A DNA stretch of 64,000 nt from Octopus sinensis (taxonomy: Eukaryota). The DNA lies in contig NC_042997.1 in the NCBI RefSeq assembly GCF_006345805.1, positions 140,368,001 through 140,432,000 of the forward strand, in the 5' to 3' direction. A program made the position numbers and the translations under genes. Below, piece by piece: positions 1-12,848 of the stretch. Each line of letters begins with the position of its first letter. Position 1 is the stretch's first letter. A model generated the notes under the pieces. That model searched no databases. It saw only the letters and a list, made by a program, of their open reading frames with translations, and was not told the origin of the DNA.

Positions 1-9
1 GTATTAACC

Positions 10-595
10 TGGACACACCGCCAGTATGTCCTAGCTTTTTCGAAGGTAAATATTCTATTGCGTAGTCGCAGTTTAATAGTATGGTGCCCCATCGCTGCAA
101 CCCGTTTGCTGTATGTACTAGGATTCATTGGATACATAAATCGTTAGCAACGGGCAATAGTTGTTTGTAGTCAAAACCGTCTACCAAGTATAAACCTGTG
201 GAACTTTTTATGCTAAATATAATCGCTATTGCTTCTTTTTCAATCTGGCTATAATTTTTTCCTGCAGGCTATAGCGTCCTTGACGCGTAAGTTATGGCTA
301 CCATCTTCCCATTTGTGTAGGAGTACGGCACCTGCCCCGTACTAACTAGCATCTATTGCCAGTATCGTTGCCAATCGAAGTTTATAAGTGACAAGTCTGA
401 AGTTAACATACTTTTTAGTTCCACAAATGCCTTTTGACATTTTTCTGACCAAAACCATTTGGCATTCTATTTTAACAACTCGTTTAATGGAGCCCTTGTG
501 TTGTGTATGTTCGGGATATATACTTGATAATAGTTTACCAAGCTTAAAAATGCTTGTAACAATTTGGGATCTTTTCTAAAAGAAGGCCAGTTTTT
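10..595 (-). pseudogene. Decayed Ty3/gypsy pol fragment (RT C-terminus and RNase H)
   Basis: Manual minus-strand translation: LQAFLSLVNYYQVYIPNIHNTRAPLNELLK*, then AIDAS*YGAGAVLLHKWEDG and NYSQIEKEAIAIIFSIKKFHRFILGRRF. These match gypsy FLGLVNYY, DAS..G.GAVL and NYS..EKE.LAI motifs; stops and frameshifts present. Confidence 0.85.
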
Positions 596-962
596 TTCTA
601 GTTAACTAAATAATTTGAAACTTCGTATACTGGTAGAATGTGTCAAAAGAAAACATTAATTTCAATTAGTTTTTTGGAGAAAAATGTATTTTCTAACTTT
701 TACGTAGTTTAATTCTTCGAATTTTAAATAATAGTATTCTCTCTTTTCACCTCAATTCATTTACTGCCGTGTTATTCATCTTTATCAGTCTTCTGTTTTC
801 TGTCTTCAAAGGCTTGTTTATTTCATGTGTATGTGTTGGGCGACGAAATTCATCGATTTAAGAGATACACAACACACGCACACATACACAACAAAAAGAC
901 ACACACACACACACACGCACACATACACAACAAAAAGACACACACACACACACACACACATG

Positions 963-1675
963 AAGGTCGGCTTGCGGTATACGGATGTCCTGAATCCATA
1001 CTTGGTGCGTGTTATTAATACGTCCAGGAATGCTAGCTGATTGACTTTTTCTTTTTCCATTGTCAACTGTATGGATGGCTTTATTGAGTTCTCATGATCT
1101 AACAGCACTTGGACATCTTCCTGGTGGGGCCAGAGTATGAAGGTGTCATCAACATATCACAGCCAAAGGGTTGGTTTTAGTGGTGTTGATCTTAAAACCA
1201 AATTCTCAAAGTATTCCATGTATATGTTGGCTATTATCGGTGATAATGGCGAACCCATAGCTAAACCCTCTTCTTATCGATATATATCAGTGTCCATACT
1301 GAAAGTAGGTAGTTTCTACACAGAAGGTCAACATTTCTATAAAGAAAGTTTCTTATTGGTATACTAGTGCGTTCTTTTAGATGGGTGTCTGTCACTAGTT
1401 TTTCTTGATTCACCGATAATGCTTCACCAGTTGGGACTTTGGTGAACAGACTTATCACATCAAGACTCACCATCTGGTTGGATTCAATGGGGGTATCCTT
1501 GATCAATTCTGTGAAGTGGGTAGAATTCTTCACGCACGATGTTGACTTTCCTGCTAATGGACTGATCATATCCACCAGGAAGCGGCTCAGTGGATGACAA
1601 GCAGCATATTGTCCGACCTGCTAACAATCCTGTCAGCTTGCCGCTGTTGTGGGTAGCCAATATTACTGTACGTAT
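963..1675 (-). pseudogene. Penelope-like element reverse transcriptase fragment
   Basis: ORFs 1261-1575 (VKNSTHF..MVSLDVISLFTKVP) and 818-1108 (IQLTMEKEKVNQLAFLDVLITR..FRTSVYRKPT) carry PLE RT motifs; truncated by a (CA)n tract at about 960. Confidence 0.85.
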
Positions 1676-1679
1676 AAGG

Positions 1680-2075
1680 GCAGTGAGCTGGAGAATCGTT
1701 ATCACGCCAGGCAAAATGCTTAGCACCATTTCGTGTGTCTTCATGTTCTGAGTTCAGATTCCGCCGATATCGACTTTGCCTTTTATGTTTTGGGGTTCGA
1801 TATCATAAATACCAGTTGAATACTGGGGTCGAGATAATCGACTCACCCACTTCACCGAAATTACTGATCTTGCGCCAAAATTTAAAGTCAATATTATTGT
1901 ACATATTAGGGCGGCAAACTGGCAGAATCGTTAGCACGCCGGGAAAAATGCTTAGCGACATTTTGTCCGTCTTTACGCTCTGAGTCCAACTTCCGCCGAG
2001 GTTGACTTACCTTTATATTCTTTCGGGGTCGATAAAACAAGTATCAATTGAGCCCCAGGGTCGAGTACTCAACTC
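1680..2075 (+). mobile_element. Two tandem diverged family-A-like tRNA-derived SINEs
   Basis: Degenerate versions of ggcgagctggcagaa..gagttcaaattccgccgaggtcgactttgcctt at about 1680-1870 and 1908-2075. Confidence 0.7.
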
Positions 2076-2092
2076 ATCCATTGCTCCAAAAA

Positions 2093-2377
2093 ATCTATAA
2101 GAAACTCCCATATTTTTATAACTTAATTTTTTGACAAAATAGGGTTCCTTATACACATTAAAATACGGTGTACACACACACATATAAGTAGTGAGGAAAG
2201 GCAAACAATTATGCAAGGCAGTACAAGGGTATTTAATTCAATCTAAATTTTGCTACATAACGAATGGTAAAAATAGTAAAAGAGATCTCTGACAGCTATA
2301 CCTATACCTACTGGCTCAGAGGGGAACTACTTTTAGCCGCTTTTGAATAGAACAATCACCACAGCTTCAACTGTTGT
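2093..2377 (+). repeat. 285-bp direct repeat, copy 1 (copy 2 at 6041-6325)
   Basis: Near-identical by eye to 6041-6325; includes the right half of the MITE at 5937-6116 plus about 200 bp of flank. Confidence 0.9.
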
Positions 2378-2603
2378 GCTAAAATTTGAAATTAATGTTC
2401 CCATACATGTATTCGTGTCAATCACGACCTTCAAAAGTCAATTAGTGTATTGTTCAAGCAATGGGAAGGGCGTACAACAAAATTTGTTTTTAGTTGCAAA
2501 GTGAAAGTGAAATTATAAAACACGAGCAAAATACACGGGAACGCGCAAACGGTCACACACATACACATTCACATACACATACGCTAACAACAGACCTTTC
2601 TAC

Positions 2604-2639
<36 letters not shown>

Positions 2640-2781
2640 TGAGAGTGAGAGAGAGAGGGAGAGAGAGAGGGAGAGAGAGAGGTATGAGGTGCAAGACAAT
2701 TTTTCCAGTTTACGATCACATTTTAGCATACGTGTGTATGTATGTATGTATGTATGTATGTATGTATGTATGCATACATAC

Positions 2782-2843
<62 letters not shown>

Positions 2844-2866
2844 GCTTGTACATGCATATACATACG

Positions 2867-2897
<31 letters not shown>

Positions 2898-3401
2898 CTC
2901 TTATTATAAAAGGCAGATTTTATCTGCCTCCCTTTGTCACTTATAGAAATTTACAATATAGGATTTCTTCAATTACAATTTACCTAGCATTTTTAAGAGT
3001 AGAATGCATCGGGTCATGCCAGGTCCAGTTTTTAAAATTTAAACTCCAATTAAGCAAAATTTACAGAAAACTCACATTCTGGTGTGTATGTCAAATGCTT
3101 TTCTTAGTCTGGTTTACAGCACACGCAAACGCACACACACAGTGTGCAACGAATAAAATGAAACTAATTCACTGTGAGTGTGTTGACAGGTAGACAAAAG
3201 AATGCGATGGCGATGGGGATGGCGATGTAATATTTGTTTCTGTCTATCACGCTGATAGATACATGAGTAAAATGTATGGCAAGCTAAGAGATGAGAGTGA
3301 GTGAAAATGTTCTTGGAAGAGAGTAAATAGCGAGAGTGATTTGAGGAAGACTTTACATTAAATAACCGTAGTGGCTTGTATATATATATATATATACATA
3401 T

Positions 3402-3685
3402 ATAAGACAGTAAGGTGTGATTTGAAGGAGATTTGGCTGCTATTTCTACCATGTCTAGCTGCCATGTAGGGGTCTCCCTCATAGGCTCATACATACATAT
3501 ATACATAGATAAGACAGTAAGGTGTGATTTGGGGGAAATTTGGCTGCTATTTCTACCAGGTCTTGCTACCATGTAGAGGTCCCCCTCATTGGCTCATATA
3601 TATATATACATACATAAGACAGTAAGGTGTGATTTGAGGGAGATTTGGCTGCTGTTTCTACCAGGTCTGTTAGGCCTTCTCATGT
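3402..3685 (+). repeat. Minisatellite, about 108-bp unit x2.6, inside H1 (also 30425-30690)
   Basis: taagacagtaaggtgtgatttg..atttggctgct..tttctacca repeated three times. Confidence 0.85.
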
Positions 3686-4023
3686 AAACTCAAGCTTTCT
3701 CATGCCTTGAACATAAGACCAAAGCAGAGAATGTATTCTTTTATTCTTCTGCTTTTTCCAGCCATTGGTCTGTGGCCATGCTGGGGCAATGCCTTGAAGA
3801 ATTGTAGTTTAATGAATCAACTCCAGTTTTATTTTTGTAAGCATTGTACTTATTCTATCTGTTTCCTTTGTCAAACCACTAGGTGACAGGGATGTAAACA
3901 AACCAACATTCGTTGTCAAACAGTGGTGGAGGACAATCACAAGCACAGACACGCACACACACACACATACATGCATACACATATACACACATACATACAT
4001 ACATACATACATACATACATACA

Positions 4024-4058
<35 letters not shown>

Positions 4059-4073
4059 GTGTGTATATATATA

Positions 4074-4331
4074 TTGCAGCGTGGAAGGTGTTTGTAAGCC
4101 ATTTAAGAAACACACAAAAACCGTTAGATTCACTTCAACATTTAAATTTAATTTGCCAAAATATTTTCCTCGCTTTGAGACCGCGACCTGTTCACTGACA
4201 AAAATATCGTGCTAACAGGTCGCAGTCTCAAAGCGACGAAAATATTTTGCCAAATTAAATTTAATGTTGAAGTGAATCTAACGGTTTTTGTGTGTTTCTT
4301 AAATGGCTTATAAACACCTTCAACGCTGCAA
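4074..4331. repeat. Foldback inverted repeat, about 119-bp arms and 21-nt loop (copy at 31049-31303)
   Basis: ttgcagcgtggaaggtg..gacctgtt (4074-4192) is the near-perfect reverse complement of aacaggtcgc..aacgctgcaa (4214-4331). Confidence 0.9.
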
Positions 4332-4398
4332 CTGTTTTCGTTCCAGCACACGATCTCAGATCAAGTCACTGCTATGCAAGTACATCTCTGTAACTATA

Positions 4399-4493
<95 letters not shown>

Positions 4494-4951
4494 TGGTAAA
4501 AACAGTAAGATAACAAAAGAAAGAAAGAGACCTCAATATTATGTAAATAGAGGAAATCTTTATATATAAAAGTGAGGTTGTGTGTCTGTCTCCTACGATT
4601 TAGATTCCTAACTACTCCCACATTTTGCGGTGCAGTTTAACCAAAACCGGGTATCTTATAGTCGTGATTCATATCGAGACCGTCTGGGTATTAGCGCGCG
4701 TCTACGATGAGTCTACGATTAAAAAAAAAAATTACTATCAATTTTTCCCATTTTTAATCCATTTTTGACATATATAAGGGAAGTAACTCTCTAAAATATA
4801 TTATTAAATCTCAGAACGTAAAAAGCTACAGTAACACCCCTTCCCCTTTGTGGTTAGCCATATTGAGATGGCTATTATACTTTACATCTCTAAAAATGCT
4901 TATATAATTATTTCCCTTACAAACCCGAGCAACGCCGGGCGATACTGCTAG

Positions 4952-4990
<39 letters not shown>

Positions 4991-5178
4991 GTATATATAT
5001 ATATATACGCATATACATGCTTATGTATTTTTTATATTTTATACATGCATACAAACGTACACGTGGACGCACATGTATGCATACACGTACTCACAAATGC
5101 TTACTTACGTATGTACTATAGTCTCTTGTTTACAGAAAGTTGTCAACGAGCAACAAATGTCAAGACATATACCCACAA

Positions 5179-5224
<46 letters not shown>

Positions 5225-5936
5225 TTATATATGTATGTGTGTGTGTGTGTATTCACACGCATGCACACGCACATACACATATTGGCATTCATTTGTACAT
5301 GTATAGTATATGTTGTGTGTGGGTTGTATGTTTGGGCTAATGTGTGTGTATGTGTGTGTGTGTGAGTGAGTGAATGAGTCTGTATGCGTATATGAGTGTG
5401 TGTATATGTGTACGCATGTGTGTGTATGTGTGTATGAGTGGGTTCCCGTGAACTTATATAAAACGAGAGATAAATCTGAAATCTTAAATATATTTCGATC
5501 CTTCAGCAAGGGAGATCATCGATATCACAGTACACTTCGATCCACAAAAAGAAAATAGAAGTACATCAATAAATAACTTAACCAGATCGACTTGAAAGAC
5601 TCTATTATATGTACTTTTGAACAATCTGAATCAATCAATAGAGTTACCCTACTGAAATCGATTAGCAGTAAGCAGTCTAAATTAATCGAAGGTATGGAAA
5701 TATTTCCTTTATAGCAAGTAAAAATTATAATTTGTGATTTTCATTGATGTTTTTTTCCATTTATTTTATTCTGTGTTGTTTTACACTTTCCTCTGTTGAT
5801 TTGTCAGAAATGAGTTATTAATAAATAACAGGATTACATGCATACATACATACGTACGTACATAAATATATAGATATACATACACTTACATATGTACATA
5901 TACACACACATAACTATGTGTGTGCATATATAGATA

Positions 5937-6116
5937 CCGTATTTTAACGTGTATAATGAATCCTCGTGTATAAGGAACCCTCTAATTTTGGAGGATTAAA
6001 ATTTGGAAAAAAGGTTTTGCAAGGGATTATAATACTAGCCATCTATAAGAAACTCCCATATTTTTATAACTTAATATTTTGACAAAATAGGGTTCCTTAT
6101 CCACGTTAAAATACTG
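5937..6116. mobile_element. Tc1/mariner (pogo/Tigger-type) MITE
   Basis: TA|ccgtattttaacgtgtataa at the left; ttatccacgttaaaatactg at the right is its imperfect inverted repeat. Confidence 0.65.
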
Positions 6117-6325
6117 TGTACACACACACATATAAGTAGTGAGGAAAGGCAAACAATTATGCAAGGCAGTATAAGGGTATTATATTCAATCTAAATTTTG
6201 CTACATAACGAATGGTAAAAATAGTAAAAGAGATCTCTGACAGCTATACCTATACCTACTGGCTCAGAGGGGAGCTACATTTAGCCACTTTTGAATAGAA
6301 CAATCACCACAGCTTCAACTGTTGT
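6041..6325 (+). repeat. 285-bp direct repeat, copy 2
   Basis: Matches 2093-2377. Confidence 0.9.
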
Positions 6326-7139
6326 TGAAACTAGAATTTTTGTTGCGTACCTATTTGAGTACTCAGAACACATACCTATTAGTTTGAGTCATTCAGACAA
6401 AATCTCCTCATATCCTCTATCCTCTACATCTACACTATAATGGAGAAAGCTGCTAATTCATTAGGTATTTAACGATTACTAAAAGTACTAAAAAAAAGCA
6501 ATATTAAAAGTTTGACCGTCTGGAAATATTCTTATAAATTCATGTTCTAAGAAATTGCCTTTAATTTGGATTTCTGAAGTTTATTGAATTTATTAAACTC
6601 CAAATCTCGCAAATTTAAATATTCATTGCATTCACTGCATCCAATTCTTCATAAATTTAAATATTCATTGCGTTTTTATTTGCAACAGTCTCTCATTCTC
6701 GCTAGCCTCTATTTCCATTAATAATAATTTAATAATAGCTATACAACTTTGATACGAGGCACAATTTCAAGAATATCATCAGTTTCTAGAGTTTGTTAAA
6801 TTAATGTTTTTGATAAAATGATAATTCTTTAATATACCGGTATAATTATTTTTTCTCTAAATGAAGAAATGATTTTGTTGGTATGGCTGCTTGGAACGCT
6901 ATAAGTCTTACAATAGTAGCTACATGATCGCTGCTATTTGTAGCACGCTAAACACGATAGCTTTTAATGAGCTTTCATTTATATGGTTTTCATTCAATGT
7001 TCGCAATGTTCTACCCCCACTTTCTCTCTCTCTCACACACACAAACACATTCACAATGTCTCTCTAATATAAACACGCACGCTCGCTCCGGGTTTGATTT
7101 CGTTATTACACATATATCACATTTGAATTTCGCAATTCA

Positions 7140-8240
7140 ACATGAGACGTCCAAAAAATATGCGATTGCAAAAGAAAATTTAGCCTCAAATCCACAACGG
7201 CAGAGAGAAAGACAGGCAACTGGATCAGATGAAACCAGGGCAAAGCGTCTGAAACAGATGTCTGAATATGCACGGAGACGTAGACATGATTCTGTTTCCG
7301 TTACACATGACCGACTAGTTAGGGTATCTCGAGAAGAGAGTATTCTATTTCAAAATAATGGTGTCAGATCACAAATTGTTGATACAACACTAAAGAGATC
7401 TTTTCTTTGGGGTCATGTGGAAGTAGTGGAGTTGACAACCAATCTAAGACTTCTTACAGAAGGTCATTCTGATGAAAGAGAGTTTGCTAATTATCTTCTT
7501 GATAGGAAATGGTGACATTTCTGTTGAACAAAGCCTAGGTGAATTAAAAATCAAACTACCCAATGACCTTTGCCTTGATTTTGTATATGCTGACCTCAAA
7601 AATAACTTCACAAACCTTGTATGGCTTGCAAATAGAAACATTGTTGCTCCAACAAATGAAGCAGCACAATTTGTGAATGATTTTCTGTTGACCAGGATCC
7701 CAGGGTGAACTAAAAATATACAGAAGGTCAGATACAGTTGATAATGAAACTCTGTACCTAATTGAGTTCAAAAAACCTATACCATCAGGGTTTCCACCAC
7801 ACATTCTCAAATCGAAGAAAAATTGCTGCATAATGTTTCTGAGATATTTAGATGTTACTAATGGACATTGCAATGGCACACGCTACATCATTGTCAGTTT
7901 ACATGATCATGTTATTGAGGCTGAAGTTGCCTCTCGTCCTTATGCAGGATCATCTATGCTAATCCCAAGAATACCTCATGTATCTTAAGAAATGGAATTT
8001 CCATTCATATTTACACGCAAGCAATTTCCTGTCAAGCCAACTTTTGCTTTGACGTGCAACAAGGCACAAACACAGACATTTGAACAAATTGGAATATATC
8101 TTCCGACACAATTTTTCTTACATAGTCAGCTGTATGTTGCATTATCTAGAGTACGAAAGAAGGCTAATGTAAAAAATATTGGCTGAGAGAAATGAAACAG
8201 TATGATTACTGACAATTGTGTCTACAAGGAGATAATACTT
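7140..8240 (+). pseudogene. Internally deleted Helitron RepHel: N-terminal piece fused to Pif1-like helicase C-terminus
   Basis: SFLWGHVEVVELTTNLRL, IGNG..NRNIVAPTNEAAQFVN, TNGHCNGTRYII, FTRKQFPVKPTFALTCNKAQTQTF..HSQLYVALSRV; frameshifts and stops. Confidence 0.9.
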
Positions 8241-9035
8241 TGAAGCAAAATATGCTTTTTAGCAAGTTTCAGTAAATAGAATTAACACATAAACTTTAAG
8301 TAAAGTAACATATATTTGTGAGGAATTGAATTGTTTTGTCATATTTCGACACATGCCGGATGAATGATATTGTTATGCTGGATCATTTTAAATTTGGGTA
8401 CATTTGAAAATGTAAGGAAACGCCATTCCCATATGTTCTCACAGCACTAGACATTTGTGTTCGTATGACCGTCCGTCTGTCTGTCTGTCTGTCTGTCTAT
8501 GCACACCTATGTAAGTTCTATCAATTACTAATGATAAATATATATAACAGATTCACTCAGCTATATATCCACATATAAGATTCTGTGATATATGTTAGTT
8601 AGCCACACCCTCCATAATAGCCATATTATAGGTTTGACTCTCTGGAAAAGTTTAATAAATTCCTCTATTAATATATATCGATAAAAAGGCGCTTTCGGAG
8701 CGTCTGTTATTATTTACTGTCACAAATTTAAATATTTGTTGTCAAACTTTACGTTCACTGCGGTGTAAGTTTTAACATTTGATAAACAATATTAATATGT
8801 TCTGGCAAAATTTTTCGTTTTCATTTGCAACATTCTCTCTCTCGCACCGCTAATTGTTTTAATTAATAACAATATATTCATTGCAATTTTTTCATTTCAA
8901 GTTTTATTTCGTTATTTCAGACGAGGAAATCAAGTATTTTGTTGACTTAAATTCGCTGCGAAAATGCCCTCTGTTTTTTTTTTTTATTTATACATACTGA
9001 AAATAAATTATATTGGACAACTTATTAAAACTTAC

Positions 9036-9078
9036 TGAAGCTTCGAACTCATGTGACTTATTTCTTTCCCGTCGTTAT
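9036..9078 (-). other. Candidate 43-nt host micro-exon
   Basis: ttcttag|ATAACGACGGGAAAGAAATAAGTCACATGAGTTCGAAGCTTCA|gtaagt; one open frame (NDGKEISHMSSKL); non-repetitive context; no homology recognised. Confidence 0.25.
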
Positions 9079-9718
9079 CTAAGAATTAGCGAGTGAATTT
9101 GCTGCTATGGCTATTGATACGCTATATGTATAGAACTATCTTGACGTTTGCTTAAAAAAAGCGAGATTATGACTGTGATAAACTAATGAAAGCAATATTT
9201 ACTAAGTGAACATTATAATACGCGAAAATAATTAGAGTTAAAATATCATAATAATTATTAGAATTGGGAATCAAATGTGGAAATATTATCGAGTTGCTAG
9301 CAGAAAACCGCCTGGAGGGTGGTCCTTTTACTGGTATATATAAAAATATGTATGTCTGTAATATATATATCAGCCACACACACACACTACATTTTACAAT
9401 CACAAGGTTCTGGATTCGATCCCGCACCGTGGTGTCTTGAACAATTGTGTTTTTCTTCAGCCTCGAGATAAATCGAGTCAAATCTTGTGAGTGAAAGTGG
9501 AAGGTGGAAACTTTAGAGAATTCTATCGAATAAAATGCATCTCTAATTCAAAGGACAAGTTTTGATAGATACTGCGACACGCTGACTCTGTCTGAAAACT
9601 GTGTTATGGGGTTAAGGGTCCAAGTGTCGGTGGAATACTCTGTCGCATTTATTTTAATTTAATGAGCAGATAGTTCGCTCTATCTCTCTGTTTGTCAGTA
9701 TGTGCTTATATATATATA

Positions 9719-9755
<37 letters not shown>

Positions 9756-9756
<1 letters not shown>

Positions 9757-10345
9757 TAGCAGCATAGCCCGGCGTTGCCCGGGTATGTAAGAGCCCCTAG
9801 TAGGCAACTACTAATCCTAATCTAGTCCTTTCCCTCTAGGGAACGAAGGCGCATGTGTAGGTTGCAATGTCTTCTCTTCACTCGAATACTTCTGTGTATA
9901 CGATGTTCCTAGCTGTCCCTTTGGGCGAAAACATGAAAACATCATTGCGCCTCCCAACGCGTGAACAGCCCACGTAGAGTTGACCATGGGCGAAGCACTG
10001 TTCGCCCAACTGTAACCCAGCGACTTGTAGCGTTTGGCCTTGGGATTTATTGATGGACATTGCGAAGCAGGATGGAGTTGAGAGTTAAAAAGGTCGAGTT
10101 GCGTCCCTAGACAATCTATGGTTTGTGTTTCTGATTCTCGACCCCATGTCGAATTTATCGATTTTTTTCAGAACTGGGGGAACTTTTCAAAATTTTCGCT
10201 GCGTCAGTTTTGAATTATGACATTGGGCTATGTGTGTGTCAAGTTTCATCAGAATCGGTTGAAAGCCGTGGTCAGGGTGAGGGTACAACCTAACAGACAC
10301 ACAGACACGCAGACAGACAAACTGCCGTTTATATATAGAGAGAGA
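9756..10345 (-). mobile_element. Non-autonomous Helitron H2 with terminal helicase fragment
   Basis: 5' A|TCTCTCTCTATATATAAACGGCAG; 3' cccgggcaacgccggg..CTAG|T; ORF 9878-10060 INKSQGQTL..HGQLYVGCSRVG. Confidence 0.9.
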
Positions 10346-10439
10346 TAAATTTTTTACATTTTTTTCAGTTTCAGCTCAAAGGTGTGGCCATGCTGGAGCA
10401 CCACCGTCTTGCTACACTGTTAATAGTGAGAGCCTCCTC

Positions 10440-11715
10440 TGAGGTATTTGATGAATAAGGGATTTTGATGTTGCTGCCTTCATTTACGCCTCCTGTCGTG
10501 AGGTAGGTTCATCAGGGACTCTCGACGGAAATAGATCCATTTTTAATTTGAAAACACCTACACCCAATTTGTGTAGGTCGCTCAGGCTCTTTGGAAGAAT
10601 ATTAAAAAGCCGTGAGCCCCTGATAACCACGTTGTTGCAGTAACCGGTCCTGAAGCACAACAGCATTGCCAAGGTCTTTGGCACTGTGCAGTGGCGACCC
10701 GTTCTGGCATTTGTGGAGCTTTCTATGCCAAAATTTGGCGCAATCCCTTCCAGTATCTTCCAGATGTATATTACTGCATCTCTCTCCCTCACTCTTTCGC
10801 TCCAGGTAGTAGAGTCTTAGCTGTTTCAGCCTTTCTCAGTAGCTGAGCTGTTGCAATGAGACGATCTTCTTTGTGAAGCTTCGCTGGATTGCTTCAAGGT
10901 CCGCTGTTAATTTTACACTGTGGAGTGACCATAGATGGGAGCAGTAGTTCAGGCGGGGGGGGGGGGATGAATGTCCTCCAGACGACCATCATACTTTCCT
11001 TCTCTCTGGTTGTGAAGGTTCTCAGGATCCAACCAGCCAGCCGTCTGCACTTTGTTGCCATCATGGTGATGAGCACTTGGAAAGAGGTATCATCACTCAT
11101 ATCGATACCCAGTTCCCGCACTGATTTAGCTGCTGGAATAGTAATCCCCCGTGGTCCTGTAAGTTTTACGTTCAGTTTTGGGCGCTGGTATGCAGGGCTT
11201 AGAATTTTCCAGACTAAACTGCATTTTATTTTATTCAGTCAATCTGCAAATTATGTTCAACTCCTGCTGCAGGCGTGCAGCATCGCTAGGGTTTTGTACT
11301 TTCTGTGAGACTTTCGTATCGTCTGCGTAGCTAGGAAGGGTAGCTATCCGGACAGCTGTGGCCATATCTGAGAAGGTCACTACGAAAATCAGTGGTCCCA
11401 AGACAGTGTAACCACTCTCCAAATTTTCCAGCTATGCCAAGATCTCGCAGTTTGTAGCATATCATATCATGATCAACTTATCAAAAGCATTTGCAAAGTC
11501 AAGCTATATCATGTCCACGTTTGAGTTGCCGAGTGATTGCCTCAACATCCAGTCATAGTGCTGTAGGAGCTGGGTCAGACAGCTCCTACCTGGTCGAAAG
11601 TCATTCTGGGTATCACCCAGCAGGTCGTTTTCTTCAAGGAATGCGATTAGTTTCCCTCTGATTATTCGTTCCATGACTTCGCTGATATGTGAAGTCAGAG
11701 GGATAGGCCTATAAA
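10440..11715 (-). pseudogene. CR1/jockey-group LINE RT and C-terminus, decayed
   Basis: FRPGRSCLTQLL, LDFANAFDKVDH, LGPLIF..SYADDTKV, RELGIDMSDD, IYIWKILEG..GSRLFNILP..VPDEP. Confidence 0.85.
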
Positions 11716-11740
11716 TTTTGACATCTGCTTTTTTGGCAAA

Positions 11741-11786
11741 GCCTTGTGAGTGGATTTGGTAGATGGAAACTGAAAGAAGCCCGTCG

Positions 11787-11820
<34 letters not shown>

Positions 11821-12120
11821 TGTATGTATGTATGTATGTATGTATGTATGTATGTATGTAGTATGTATGTATGTTTGTGTGTATGTATGTGTGTGTGTGT
11901 AAGTTTGTGTATCTTTGTTTGTCTTCCCAACATCGCTTGACAACCGATGCTGGATTGCTTACGTCCCCGTCACTTAGCGGTTCGGCAAAAGAGACCGATA
12001 GAATAAGTATTAGGCTTCCAAAGAATAAGTCCTGGGGTCGATTTGCTCGACTAAAGACGGTGCTCCATCATGGCCACAGTAAAATGACTGAAACAAGTAA
12101 AAGAGTAAAAGAGAAAAAGA
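11741..12120 (+). mobile_element. Family-B tRNA-derived SINE, 5' truncated, internal (TATG)n
   Basis: aaagccttgtgagtggatttggtagatggaaactgaaagaagcccgtcg, microsatellite, then gcttgacaaccgatgctgg..aaaagagtaaaagag. Confidence 0.8.
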
Positions 12121-12751
12121 GTTTTCTTATACTGCAAAAAACAGAGACGCACCCCACTGATACTTTTCATAAAAAAACAATTTCTCAGATTTTCTTGATT
12201 ATTTTTTTCAGATGTTTAACAAAATATATCTTTACAGGGCAAGAGTCAAACACTTTTGGTGGTGGGTATGTTGACCGTAGGTACAGGAGATACTAAGAAA
12301 GTATTGCAAAAGTAGAAAATATGAATTCTATGTTTTTGGCGGATAATTAACATCATTACGGGAATTGACCATGAAATGTAATTACGTAGTCAAAGGATTA
12401 AATATACCTTTTAACAATACGAAAAATTAAACTCGAAATCTATTTTGGTTTCTTAGAAGTTGCCCTCAATGACTTCTAAGATTTGAAAAGGGGGAGTTGC
12501 AAACCACAAAGAATTGGTTGTAGCGAATATTCTTCCAGGTTTTTTAATTTTTGAAAGCACAAAAAATCAACAAAGAAACAAAGTTTAAAAAAAACGTGTG
12601 GAGCAGTTTAGCAAACAAGCACAATTACCTACATAGAACTTGACAAACAAAACTCAAATTAAATGACAATAACAAAATCATCGCCATCAAGACCAACTTA
12701 TCCTTTGCTAGCGCTGCATGCATATGAACCAGCACACACACACACACACAC

Positions 12752-12848
<97 letters not shown>

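Larger units (their letters stand above)
2897..4951 (+). mobile_element. Composite non-autonomous Helitron H1
   Basis: Starts A|TCTCTTATTATAAAAGGCAG; ends with hairpin cccgagcaacgccggg then CTAG|T in (TA)n; internal second 5' end TCTTTATATATAAAAGTGAGG at 4557; second copy at 29947-31861. Confidence 0.8.

Noticed and set aside
3402-3685. Repeat array as a possible CRISPR
   Set aside because: Units are tandem about 108-bp copies with no unique spacers; eukaryotic context and no cas genes.
6765-6790. Minus-strand CTGATGA..GAAA as a hammerhead
   Set aside because: No stem II pairing and no stem I/III complementarity.
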